Positions 26,199 through 36,639 of a DNA stretch of 50,648 nucleotides are shown here, piece after piece (the first letter of the stretch is position 1; each line of letters starts with the position of its first letter). This stretch comes from Perkinsus olseni. Lineage: Eukaryota. The notes beneath the pieces are model-generated. The model was not told the DNA's origin, searched no databases, and was given only the letters and a program-made list of their open reading frames with translations. The stretch spans positions 1-50,648 of the forward strand of contig JABANN010000224.1 in NCBI GenBank assembly GCA_013115125.1. The letters are read 5' to 3'. A program made the translations under genes and the position numbers.

Positions 26199-26943
26199 TG
26201 AGTGGAGTGGCTGTAAGAAAATCAGCTTCTGAAAATGAAAGAGGGCTAAACTTTAGCCCTCTTTCATTTTAGCCCCTTTAGCCGCTAAAGGGCATAGAAA
26301 TTGAATCAAGGGCCCTGATTCAGGGGGGAATCTCTTATGTGCCTCAAAGGAAGCTGAAGGAAATAGCGCAAAAGACCCTATGGATGTAATGTGCAACCCT
26401 AATCGGGTTACTCGACCCTTGTAGACGATGTGCGAAGCAGAGAAAAGAATAGTCTATCCAGTTTAGCCTGTCTTCTGCTCCTCAAAAATCGACCGCGTCT
26501 CACTGTACGGGCTAGCTCGCACGCATAAATTTGAGCGCCACCCCTGCGAACCGGTCATAGCAGTTGAGCAACACAACTGCTCTTCCTGGGTGAGACAACA
26601 GGGAAGACAATCGCAGGTAGTTTGCATACAGGACGCAAAGGTCATACATCCCCAGCCACAGCGTTTACTAGACCCGACACGAGGTAAAAGGACATTTATA
26701 GAGAGAGTATCGGGAGACAATGGTGGGTACATGTTTAGAGCTTCGGTCGGGACACTGGTTGACTCAAGAGCCATGGAATGAAAGAGTAGAAAAGTATATA
26801 GTTAATTAGTCAGTCTTTTATGCCGAGTATCTTGTGGCAGTTTCAACTGTGGCAGTTTCAACAAAGATACACTGAATTGGCGCTTGCCTTTGTGCAACAG
26901 CACAAACACGACGCCCCGAGATATATACATCATCATCATCATC

Positions 26944-29900
26944 TTAAGATTTAGAACTGCATAATAGCAGTAGAGGACTGGTGCAGATACCTGCAGGACC
27001 TCGTGGGAGAATCTCATCAGGTAGTTTTTTGAGCTTGTCCGAAGAGTGCCACGTACCATTCTCTAGTAGTATCCGGTTTCCTTCAACTTCCGAGACGACA
27101 TGAACTTGTCCGAGCCATGGTGGTGAAGCTTTGGGTTGTAGATCTGGAGCACGGACTAGTACTAAGTCGCCCACAGAGATCTCGTAGCTGTGACTGTTGT
27201 GCTTCTGCATGAGACGGAGGACACGAAGACGACAATCCGTCTTGTAGTTGCGCCACGTATCCCACTTAGTAGAAGGCAGTTGGACCACGTTGTTGTTGTC
27301 GAAGGGAGAGGTGTGAGACTCAGTAATCATATCCAGAGGGCATAGACCATTGGCCAGCATGTTGGTGGTGGTATTGATCTCGTAGGCAGCTCGAGAGATA
27401 GACTCACGCCACTTGTCATCATCTACGAAGGGAGTTGTCATGAACATACGACGTAACCTCTGATTCAATAATCGATGTCGAGCTTCTACGTGACCGTTCA
27501 TCCACGAAGCAGACCTCGGCACAAACTGGAAGTCGACGGACACCATAGCTTTGGATGCCACATGAATGGTTGATGCATTATCCGTGCGGATGTTCTGGAT
27601 AGCATGGTTGTACAGTCGATGAGGAAGGTTACAGGCACGTTGGATGTCCACGGAGGTAGGGGCTTTGACAGTAGGGTAGCATAGCAAGATGTTGGTCAGT
27701 TGATCAACCAAGTTGATGGAGTAGAACTTGCCTTGCCTTGTTGCTGGATCAGTTACATAAGGACCGAGAACATCTAGGTTGACAACCTGGAAGGCGAAGT
27801 CAGGGATGTTAACAACATCAGCTGTAGGGTTCTTAGGCCTGTTGTCACCGGGGTTAGTCTTGGTCATCAAACAAGCCATACAGTCACGGGATGCCGTTCT
27901 GGCGATGTCATCAATGTCGATGCCAGTAGTTGCAAAGTAGCTTCTCAGTGTTGTTGTAATCTCTGGAGCACCGCCGTGTCGTAGACTATGGAGATGTTTG
28001 GCACATGACACTAAGAAGTCATGGTCAGCAGTCAGGCGTAGGTTACCGTCATCTGACAGTGGTAGGGACCGATAAACTTGTAGTAGATCAGCAGGAAGTT
28101 GTACAGTATCATACGGTGTAGTAGGTGCAGTTGGTAGAGGCTGTAGTGGGACTTCAATAGGCTCTTCAAGTCTGGTCTTCTTCTGCGGCAGAGATGCATT
28201 GTTGGAGTCGTCATCTCTCTTGCGTACGATTCGGGCAACATGTACTTGTTGAGAATCATCAGTGATGGGTAAAGGTTGCACAGTGTAGCTGTCCAAGGTA
28301 TCACGGGCAGTGACTATGTCGACGTAGAGCTCAGACCGCGTCCCCGCATCAGCTTTGTTGAGCTCGGTAGGAGTGAACTCGACGTCGAAACGTCTCGACT
28401 TCATCAAGTAGTGAATGAGGTCGATGATACGTTGTAGTAGAACGGACTGTTTGCCGTTAGAAGCGACCTTGGCCGACGACAGGGCAGCATTCGCAGTCTT
28501 GTTGTCTCCTCGCAAGAGGATGGACTTGAACTGCTGTCGAGTGTCGACCTCGTAGTTGACCAGAATGCAGAGCGCATTGTACGCTGTGGTGAGCTCACGT
28601 ACATTAATATGAAGGGACCGTTCTTGCCGAGACCAGGGCCATTGATGTCTGAATATTATGCAGCCGTTCTGCTCAGCAACCATAGCACCCATCTGGTCGG
28701 AAGCATCGAACCATATAGTTACAGGGATAGAAGGATCTATATGTCGGCGAAGTGGTAGGGGTGGAGTTGACCTGACCAGCTCTTGCCATCGGACTAGTAG
28801 TTGCAGTGTGGAGTCGTCGATGACTGTCTTCTTCCAAAGAGCTTTATGTACTGCCCTAGCTCGAGATACCAGCGCAGTCAAGGCGTTCTTACATGGAAGA
28901 ATATGCCATCCGAAAAGATCCCATGCTTGTGATAGTTGACCAAGGAAGCTTAGTGCAGAGCTGTAGGTGGTGGGCTTCGTAAGGTCATAGTTAGTGCACT
29001 TCTCGTACTTGGCAGTAGGGAATATGATAGAGTCGCCATTGTCGACTATCATAGATCCCAGGATGGTCGTGCCGTTGGAAGCAGGGCCGTGTAGGGGCTC
29101 AGCAACTAAGATCATGTTGTACTCAGCAAAGTGGTTTATGACTGTTTGAAGATCATGATTGGGGTCAGTGTCGGTGAAGTAAAGAACCAAGACATCATCC
29201 ATGTAGCTGACGGCAACGTGTTCAAAGCCAGGGAGCTTGTGTAGTTCTCGCAGTACATGATTGACACACCATTCCAGCACCTTGGCATTAATAGAGCTGC
29301 CGTCCAACATATAGAGGTAGGTCAGAGTAGAGCCACGAACATGGACTTGTGACAGAAGCTGGGCGTTTTTTCCCAACCTGATGGAGCGGTAGCTGTCCTT
29401 GACGTCAAGTAGAGATGCTGTTTTCGCACTCCTGTACTTATTGAGGATCCGTGAGATCTTAGATTGACAGTCACGGATAGGATAATGGCGTTGGACTTGC
29501 CTCAGTAACTGGTTGCTGCAGATTGATGGTACCACGGGGCGGCATCGCTTTCGACCCTCCACAGGATACCAAGGAGAGGCGTAGTTGTTGACAGAGTGAG
29601 CAGGAGTGGCGACGACCTTGTTGGTGTTGAGAAGATCGTCGAACCTAGCCTCGGCCTCACGACGAACACGACCGTCAGATTTGAGGAGACGGTAGTGAAC
29701 CTTGGTAGCTTCAGGTGGTTGGTTTTGTAGTGCTAGCTGTAGCAGTTCATTGCTGTAGTCGACCATGAACTGCTTGTTGTTGTCCTCGTCTTTGATGGTT
29801 AGTATCCTACACCATTGATTGGAGTAGACGTGTTGGTCGATGACAAAACCATCATCAAGCGGTGGGAATGTAGGAGGCGTTGTTAAGGCTTCTTTAACAT

Positions 29901-31839
29901 TGTAGTCGACGTCACCCTTACGCTTGATCTTCACGGCATTGTTAGGGGCTGTTGTGGATGCCGGCGGAAGCAACTCACAGGGTGGAGCAACTGATGCCGT
30001 TGGTAGTGGTGTAGTAGAAGTCGTTGGGATTGGAGAGTGTGAGGTCTCAGATGGTGAGGCTGCAGAGTTCGATCTGGGCAGTTCACATGTTACCGGAGAT
30101 AGCGATGAAGGTACGCTACCAGTAGAGATCTGGGGAGGTACAGATCTGAAGAATAGAGATGCCAGTGCATCTTCACCATCCTTGAATCGTAGTAGTAGTC
30201 CTTGTCGGTCAAACCGAAGCGCATCCATTCCAAGTAGGGCATCGGAATGGATGAGCGGAGTCTGTAGCACCGCAGGACGCCATGGTAGAATGTGTGTGGC
30301 GTTACCATCGTAAACTGGTAGGTCTACTTGAAGGCAGTAGTCGCAGGAGAAAGACTTAGCTTCAGTAGCACTGTCGAATGTAGCGTGAAACGACAGAAGT
30401 TGAGCGCCCTCGACAGTTTTGACGATGAAATCAGCCAGCTTCTTTGAGATGAGAGACATGGTAGACCCAGTATCAGGAACAATCGTAAAGCCTTCACATG
30501 CTGGACAATTGAGGATTGTCACAGAGTCGGCATTAGGCGTTGTTGTTGGGGTAGTCGGTGCTGTCATCCTTGACACTTCAGTAGTGTGCTTGTAGGGGCA
30601 GGAGTCACCGTTCTTACACGATTGGCGAGCAAGGTAGGCCATGCATATCCTCTTCTCCTTGCAGAGTTTGATGACTTCGGGATCTTCGATCCGTTGTAGC
30701 CTTGTGGTAGTTGGATTGGTAGACTGGATAGGGGCTACCGAGGATGTTGATGTTGTTGAGTTTGACGTTGTTGTTGAGGTAGTCGTAGCGGTTGGAGTGG
30801 TAATAGCAGTTGTCGGAGGGGGGTTGGCTTCTTGGTAGTACTGTAATGCCATCGCAAGCTCGGTGACATCACGGATATTGGAGTATTGCTGATTGCAGAC
30901 TTTTCGCAGATGGGGAGTTAGGCCTCTCTTGAAGTAGTCGAGAACTTGACTGGCATGGAGATATAGGCCAACCGAGTTCGCCATGGAGATGGAGCTCTCT
31001 AGGGTATCCAAGTAGTCATGCACCGATACACTTTTTGATGCCATTTTGATAGCCGATAGATGCCTGGTTATCCTGTCATGGTCGTTGGTGGTAGCAAAGT
31101 GAGCTTGTAGGAACTCTAGAGCCGTCGTGAACATCAGCTCGTAGTTAGACATGAAGGCCTCAGGAGGAAGCGCGCGCTCTAGATGATCCATGAGCTTCAG
31201 TTTAGGACCTTGGCCTAAGCAGCGGCATAGATAGAGATAACAACCATGAGCACTGAGGGCATTCTGTCGGCATTCTTGTCTCGCAACCATGATGACATAG
31301 TTAATAGCACGCCCATCCTTGAAGCCGAGAAACTCACGACCGTCAGGTAGGCGTAGATTGGAGATGGAGGTCAGCAGTTGTGTGTGACTGGTTGTGGGGC
31401 TCGTCGTCGTATGGGTAGTGCTGGCTATAGTGGTAGTAGTCGGCTTGATTCCCCAAAAACTGAGATTGGTAATCTTGTCATTGAGAGTGTCAGCATGAGT
31501 GAGAGGTAGAGTTGAAGTAACAGTGGATTTAGTGGATGAAGTGAATGTTGAACTAGGGATAGAAGTAGTAGATGTCCGTGCCAAAGAAACCGACTGTGCC
31601 TGGCGTAGTTGGGAGCGCAGGTTTTGATAGAGTTGTCGGTATTTGACCTTAGTGGGAATGTCGACCTCTTGTTGGGTCATGATAGTTCCGAGCTCCGAAC
31701 GCTCGAGGTAGAGCAGGCAGCTCGCAGTGGGTAGTTGTAGAAGTTGAAGTAGTTCAGTAGTGGTTGAGTCATCAGTGAGTCCGTGGTTCTCCGCCATGTT
31801 TAGAGCTTCGGTCGGGACACTGGTTGACTCAAGAGCCAT
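26944..31839 (-). CDS. Single gag-pol polyprotein (1631 aa): gag, CCCH finger, aspartic protease, RT, RNase H, DDE integrase
   Basis: CCCH C-x8-C-x5-C-x3-H at 30586-30645. Protease VPDTGSTMS at 30466-30474. RT LDVKDSYRSI and SYMDD (29194-29205). RNase H WFDAS...HINVREL...GDNKT...NKAD. Integrase H-x3-H...CMAC, VNLDVLGP, IRTDN, NGHVE, and a C-terminal VGDLVLVR...WLG. Confidence 0.95.
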   Translation of the reverse strand: MALESTSVPTEALNMAENHGLTDDSTTTELLQLLQLPTASCLLYLERSELGTIMTQQEVDIPTKVKYRQLYQNLRSQLRQAQSVSLARTSTTSIPSSTFTSSTKSTVTSTLPLTHADTLNDKITNLSFWGIKPTTTTIASTTHTTTSPTTSHTQLLTSISNLRLPDGREFLGFKDGRAINYVIMVARQECRQNALSAHGCYLYLCRCLGQGPKLKLMDHLERALPPEAFMSNYELMFTTALEFLQAHFATTNDHDRITRHLSAIKMASKSVSVHDYLDTLESSISMANSVGLYLHASQVLDYFKRGLTPHLRKVCNQQYSNIRDVTELAMALQYYQEANPPPTTAITTPTATTTSTTTSNSTTSTSSVAPIQSTNPTTTRLQRIEDPEVIKLCKEKRICMAYLARQSCKNGDSCPYKHTTEVSRMTAPTTPTTTPNADSVTILNCPACEGFTIVPDTGSTMSLISKKLADFIVKTVEGAQLLSFHATFDSATEAKSFSCDYCLQVDLPVYDGNATHILPWRPAVLQTPLIHSDALLGMDALRFDRQGLLLRFKDGEDALASLFFRSVPPQISTGSVPSSLSPVTCELPRSNSAASPSETSHSPIPTTSTTPLPTASVAPPCELLPPASTTAPNNAVKIKRKGDVDYNVKEALTTPPTFPPLDDGFVIDQHVYSNQWCRILTIKDEDNNKQFMVDYSNELLQLALQNQPPEATKVHYRLLKSDGRVRREAEARFDDLLNTNKVVATPAHSVNNYASPWYPVEGRKRCRPVVPSICSNQLLRQVQRHYPIRDCQSKISRILNKYRSAKTASLLDVKDSYRSIRLGKNAQLLSQVHVRGSTLTYLYMLDGSSINAKVLEWCVNHVLRELHKLPGFEHVAVSYMDDVLVLYFTDTDPNHDLQTVINHFAEYNMILVAEPLHGPASNGTTILGSMIVDNGDSIIFPTAKYEKCTNYDLTKPTTYSSALSFLGQLSQAWDLFGWHILPCKNALTALVSRARAVHKALWKKTVIDDSTLQLLVRWQELVRSTPPLPLRRHIDPSIPVTIWFDASDQMGAMVAEQNGCIIFRHQWPWSRQERSLHINVRELTTAYNALCILVNYEVDTRQQFKSILLRGDNKTANAALSSAKVASNGKQSVLLQRIIDLIHYLMKSRRFDVEFTPTELNKADAGTRSELYVDIVTARDTLDSYTVQPLPITDDSQQVHVARIVRKRDDDSNNASLPQKKTRLEEPIEVPLQPLPTAPTTPYDTVQLPADLLQVYRSLPLSDDGNLRLTADHDFLVSCAKHLHSLRHGGAPEITTTLRSYFATTGIDIDDIARTASRDCMACLMTKTNPGDNRPKNPTADVVNIPDFAFQVVNLDVLGPYVTDPATRQGKFYSINLVDQLTNILLCYPTVKAPTSVDIQRACNLPHRLYNHAIQNIRTDNASTIHVASKAMVSVDFQFVPRSASWMNGHVEARHRLLNQRLRRMFMTTPFVDDDKWRESISRAAYEINTTTNMLANGLCPLDMITESHTSPFDNNNVVQLPSTKWDTWRNYKTDCRLRVLRLMQKHNSHSYEISVGDLVLVRAPDLQPKASPPWLGQVHVVSEVEGNRILLENGTWHSSDKLKKLPDEILPRGPAGICTSPLLLLCSSKS
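31779..31796 (-). promoter_or_regulatory. Putative primer-binding site
   Basis: TGGCGGAGAACCACGGAC directly follows the CA end of the 5' LTR. It is complementary to a tRNA-like 3' end ...GTCCGTGGTTCTCCG-CCA. The cognate tRNA was not identified. Confidence 0.65.
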
Positions 31840-33095
31840 GGAATGAAAGAGTAGAAAAGTATATAGTTAATTAGTCAGTCTTTTATGCCGAGTATCTTGT
31901 GGCAGTTTCAACTGTGGCAGTTTCAACAAAGATACACTGAATTGGCGCTTGCCTTTGTGCAACAGCACAAACAGTACAACCGGCGTGACACCGGGGGCGA
32001 TGCTCACGAATGGGACATCTGGACCCGAACCTCGGGTAGCAGATCATGCTTCCACTCGAGGCAATCCCCTATCGCCTCCGCCGCCGATGTACTACGGAGC
32101 GCACCACTACCAGTGACTACTACATACTAGGAGTCTAGTGGCCGACCTTCACCTACTTCCGGGTAAACCCCGAGTGGTATGGCACCGAGCACGTGCACGC
32201 CCGGGGGCGCACGCCAATGGCGTGACGCCATAGCTAGTAGCCCACGCCCGAGACTGTCAGCGACGGGTGACGTCGCGACAAGGGTGACCCCCCGCGCTCA
32301 TCTGGCCTTTCACTCTCAGCTCTGTCATAGATCCCCAATCGCAGCGTTTACTCCGCCGGCACGGGGGGAAAGCACATTTATGGGAAAAGTGCATCGGGAG
32401 ACAACGAAGGATGCAACCGGCGAGACACCGGAGGCGACGCTAGCGAATAATCTAGCTTAAAAGGCGCCAGCTTTCCGACTACGGAGCTTCAACTCTGTCC
32501 ACCGAAGCTTTACCAGAGTGGATCGCATTGAACGCGCAAGAGTTTTACCGGGGGAGGCTTCCCCAGCTCAGGAGGTGCGAAAGGACCTGTTGGGCACGTG
32601 TGGTCAGGCAGTGCCCAGCGGGCACCAGGAGGTGATGCATAACAACTTCTTCCCGATTAGCCCGAGCTTCCACGGACCTCGTGTTGAGGAGCAGTGCTAC
32701 GTAATCCAAGACAGTCTGCGAGCACCTAGGAGGCCTTCCCCGGATTGGCTTTGCGGAAAAGTGCGCGGACCTTTCCATGCATCCAAGAGGATCGACTAGA
32801 TCGAGTATTCGGATAGACAACCTGAACATTCACGGAGCCATAGCATCCGAGATGCTGCATCTCGGAACTTGTCACTTTGAGAGTAACTTGCTGTATCGAC
32901 ATGCATATACTTGATCGCATGGCCCATTTTCGACAGTTCCCGTTTTGTCCTCGCGGTATGCTCCCCTCAGAGGAACCCTCTTGGTAGATCGTGGCGTTTC
33001 GTGGAGACCACGTCGCGCATTGCCAGTTAAAGTAGGCGGTCGAGTCTCCTACGGAGCTCAAGGCTGAGCACAGGCCGTCAACACATAACACAGGC

Positions 33096-33500
33096 ATGTT
33101 TGCCGACACCTTCTTCGTGCTCAAGCTCTGCTATGGCGCCGAGTCCGTACGTTGGCGCTGTCCTATCAAGAATATCAAGGCCGTCAGCGACTTGTACAGG
33201 TGAGAAAACTCCGCTGTGGTGGTTGTGCGATACCACCCTTTATCGTCGGCGGCGCTAAAGACGTCCAACTACACGGTGTAGTCTACACCACGGGAGTTCA
33301 TAAGGGCCGTCGTTAAGCCTCGTACGATGAAAGCACGGAGATCAGCACTGTGCCCGACAGTATGACTGTATACATCACACCATGACAGGCATACTGGGTC
33401 TCCCAAGGAGGCTCGTTGAAGGAGCTTCGGCTGAACGTTGAAGCCTTTAACGTTCTATTCACCGGAGTGGCTTCAGGACCGCCCTGAACTTAAAGGCGGC
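33096..33500 (+). pseudogene. 5' relic of a paralog-E-type ZZ gene
   Basis: MFADTFFVLKLCYGAESVR..., a degraded match to 39394-39735. Confidence 0.7.
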
Positions 33501-33767
33501 CCTGAAGCCACTCAACCACTAAGAACCCGAACTCAGTGACTGAGTTAACCAACAAAGAACGGCCTTAGCTCGGCCCGAGCAAAAGTACGCGTACCGACAA
33601 GAGCACGCGAAAACGTGAGGAGCCCTCACGGAGGAAGAAAGGAGACAGATGCGGGTGGTTTCAATGTCGAGTACAGAACAGACGCTACAAGATTCTGCAA
33701 ACGCCAAACTCGAGGTGTCTGACCAACCGGACGTCACGAGGCCTGTGGGCCTCGAGGTGGAGAGCTT

Positions 33768-34493
33768 TCACTCGACTCTGTCAAGAGACAAGATCCTCGC
33801 TCCCTCGTACGCTTCTACTCGCAGGTAGACTCTATCCGATGTTGCTGAAAATACAAAGAAGGCAGGAGTACCCTCCGTCGGCAGGTCAGATCCTGGACAA
33901 CTTTCCGCCACATGGCGGATGAAGCTTGCGTAGCCTCCAGTTCCGCCACGTAAAATCTGAAGATTGGATGACTCGCTGACGATTAAATCACTGAAGCGCT
34001 GCTCGTGAACGGCATCTGTACATCTGAAGGTCATAAGTACGCTGTCAGTAATCGTCAAAGTCAAATGGAAACTATCTCCTTGGTCATAGCCGTATATACC
34101 CGGCCTCAAAGGCAGGGCTTTTCTGAAAAAATACAATGCTCTTCCTGTAAGTGAAGTCTTGAAGAAGAGCTCGTTGTACGGAGCCAGATTGGTCAAGTCA
34201 CCATCCTGCATCTCCACTTCCGGGAAGGCAGTAGTGACCAATGTCTTGAAGCGGCCGAAGTCTGCATAGTTAACAGTGTAATTACCAGACTTCCCAAGGA
34301 GAGGGAACTCAATCGATATTGAGAGCTTTGGCCCACTACGCCGCTCGATCTCCCATAAGAGGGAACCATCCGTCACAGAAGCTCGTACGTTGAGGGTCTT
34401 CATAGTCGCCAAGTATCCTCCGATGAACTGAGCACTCGTAGTCACCAGAACTAGCGTGGCGATGATGAACCAAGTCGCGACGGGTTTCACCAT
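33768..34493 (-). CDS. Secreted family copy 5 (intact, 241 aa from MVKPVATWF)
   Basis: Signal peptide and colinearity with copy 1 over the full length; ATG at 34493. Confidence 0.8.
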   Translation of the reverse strand: MVKPVATWFIIATLVLVTTSAQFIGGYLATMKTLNVRASVTDGSLLWEIERRSGPKLSISIEFPLLGKSGNYTVNYADFGRFKTLVTTAFPEVEMQDGDLTNLAPYNELFFKTSLTGRALYFFRKALPLRPGIYGYDQGDSFHLTLTITDSVLMTFRCTDAVHEQRFSDLIVSESSNLQILRGGTGGYASFIRHVAESCPGSDLPTEGTPAFFVFSATSDRVYLRVEAYEGARILSLDRVE

Positions 34494-35199
34494 TGACGAG
34501 AGTGGAGTAGCTGTGTTCAAAAGTAACTTCTGAAGCTGAAGGAGTGCTGGTGAGCAAATGAAGTGAATCGGAGGGGTCTGGCATGCGCCTCAGCGAAAGC
34601 TGAGGCAAGTAGCGAAGAAGACGCTGAGAACGTGATGTGGAATTCCAAAATTCCAGCTGATGTGAGGCAAAGGAAAGAATAATCTACCCAGTCCAGCCTT
34701 ATTTCCGCTACTCAATAATCGATCGCGTCTCTTTCTGCGGGCTAGCTCGCACGCATAAACTTGTGCGCCACCCTTGCGGAGAGGACACAGCAATTGGACG
34801 GCATAACTTGCCGTTCCGAGTGGGTCAACGAGAAAGACAATCGCAGCTAGTTTGCATACAGGATGCATCATACCCGGCCGCAGCATTTGCTTCGCTGACA
34901 CGGAGGGAAAGGACATTCATATAGGGAGCATCGGGAGGCAGGGACGGGTACAACCCGGCGAGGCACTGGGGGCGACGCTGGGAGACGGGACATCTGAACC
35001 TGGACCTAGGGCGGCCCTAGTAGGGCCGCAGATCATGCCCCCACTCGAGGAAATCCCCTCTCGCCTCGTCCGCTAATGCACTACGGAGGACACCGATTAC
35101 CTAGTAAACATTACTATGTGCTGGATATCTGTGCCATTCATGAGTCTACTCGGCAAGTGGGGCCGCCTTTGCCAAGCTACAGGATATCACATTAGCGAG

Positions 35200-35905
35200 T
35201 TGTCTGGAAGGATCGGCGCAGAGTGTTCTCAATGTAGGTTCGGCCAGCTAGAGCTAAGGCACGGGTCAGCACGAGGCGAGGGAAGCCATACCGAAATTTC
35301 TTATTGCCTCGATGACACACCTGGCACGAAGTACTTGTTGAGATGCGACTCCTTTGGGGATTGCAATGTTATTGCTAGGAGGTGTGAGGCGGTAGTCTTT
35401 AAGGTCCTGGTGACATTGCAGTGGCGCTCAGGTTCAAGAGTGACGTGAGGGATGATATTGTCCTTTGCCGCAAAGGCTTTACAAGCTTTGCTACCTCGTG
35501 CACGAGCCTGAGGTTCTCGGAGTCGCCTACAAGTGCTCTCGCCTGATCGTTCCGGGCTTTTGAGATGACTTGGGGTGACCAATTCGAAAGCTGAATCCCA
35601 CGATGCTACAGAGAGTGCGGAGTATGCCCGATTGCAGGAAAGAGGTAACATGGGAGTGGCTGCGCGAACTTGGCGTCGCTGAGTGGTCGCTGTGGTTCGC
35701 CCGTAACTGTGTGTCGGCGGGGTCGATTCAGGGCTCCTCGTTTGCAGTACGGGAGCTGATACTCTTTGCGGGAGTGTGCAGACGTCTATGGGGAGGTTTT
35801 TTCATCAACCGTTCACAGCCTTGACGATGTGTATTGTGTGAAGCAGTCGCAGCACGAGGATTCTACCGTCTCCCCGCGCCTTCACAGGACTCACTTGTGA
35901 ATAGT
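35200..35905 (+). pseudogene. Internal relic of paralog B (exons plus introns)
   Basis: Matches about 6715-7440 (GEGSHTEISYCLDDTPGTKYLLRC vs GEGSDTEISYCRDDTADTKYVLRC). Introns are retained, so this is a DNA-level duplication. Confidence 0.75.
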
Positions 35906-35909
35906 ACAT

Positions 35910-36603
35910 TGGAGTTGCACCCGTCTTGTGTAAAACGCGGGTGTTGCACGCGTTACGAAAAACACAACGCGATATGAGCGTAAATCTAGAGTATAACGCG
36001 TTAAACGCGGGATGGGCTCATAACGCGATATGTACAACGCGCGATGATAACGCCAAGCGTAATGTTGAGCACTGAGCATGACACACAGCCGAAAGGTTTC
36101 TACGTCCGAGAAACTATCAAAGAGCGACACCAATTCCAATCTGCTGGTGATATAGGAAGGTGAAATTAACAACAATTATACACGCACAGACCGACCTGGG
36201 AGGCTTGGTGGAGACTCTTTCGAGGCGACAGCTGCATTTTGCGTAAAGTATATGCTGCGCACGTATGCGCTGTTTGAAACAGCAACAGAAACAGCCCGTT
36301 TCTGAGACACGAGAACGCGCTGAGCTGCTCAAGATAATGATGGATTCGGCAGTACAAGGATAGGTGCGAATCGCCGCACCGCGTTGTGTTATACGCGTTC
36401 TACGATAGAACTTCTACCGCGACAACGTGTAGTATGCGTTATACGGTATAACTTATACCGCGTTATGGCGTTGCCGTTTAACGTGTTATGGCGTTGAACG
36501 CGCGCGTTATACCGCGAAGTGGTATCACTACACAACACATCGCGTTTTACGCCTGAAACACTTCGCGTAAAACTGTTTTACGCGTTTCACGGGTGCACCT
36601 CCA
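35910..36603. mobile_element. Non-autonomous DNA-transposon-like element with terminal inverted repeats and CGCG-rich subterminal repeats
   Basis: Left TGGAGTTGCACCCGT and right ACGGGTGCACCTCCA (14 of 15 complementary). AACGCG motifs cluster on the left and CGCGTT motifs on the right. No clear target-site duplication. Confidence 0.6.
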
Positions 36604-36639
36604 CTGGAGAGTGACACTGTGATTACATTATTACTTAAA

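Larger units (their letters stand above)
26732..31973 (-). mobile_element. Full-length LTR retrotransposon (5242 bp), recently inserted
   Basis: 177-bp LTRs at 26732-26908 and 31797-31973, identical by eye, with TGTTT...AAACA ends. 5-bp target-site duplication GTACA (26727-26731 and 31974-31978). The empty site GGGTACAACCGGCGTGAC is present in the paralogous repeat at about 18990. PBS-like TGGCGGAGAACC directly follows the 5' LTR. Confidence 0.97.

Noticed and set aside
26759-26775. TTGACTCAAG-AGCCAT resembling the dinoflagellate/Perkinsus spliced leader (…AGCCATYTTGGCTCAAG)
   Set aside because: The segments are in the wrong order and the match is too short; no convincing spliced-leader relic or SL RNA gene was seen.
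26833-26862. Tandem TGTGGCAGTTTCAAC x2, whose GTTGAAAC end on the - strand recalls a CRISPR repeat
   Set aside because: Only two abutting units with no spacers, inside an LTR of a eukaryotic retrotransposon.
32497-32550. Peptide LPEWIALNAQEFY resembling MOB1 (EWIAVN)
   Set aside because: Very short, stops soon after, and is not conserved in the paralogous segment at 38.4 kb.
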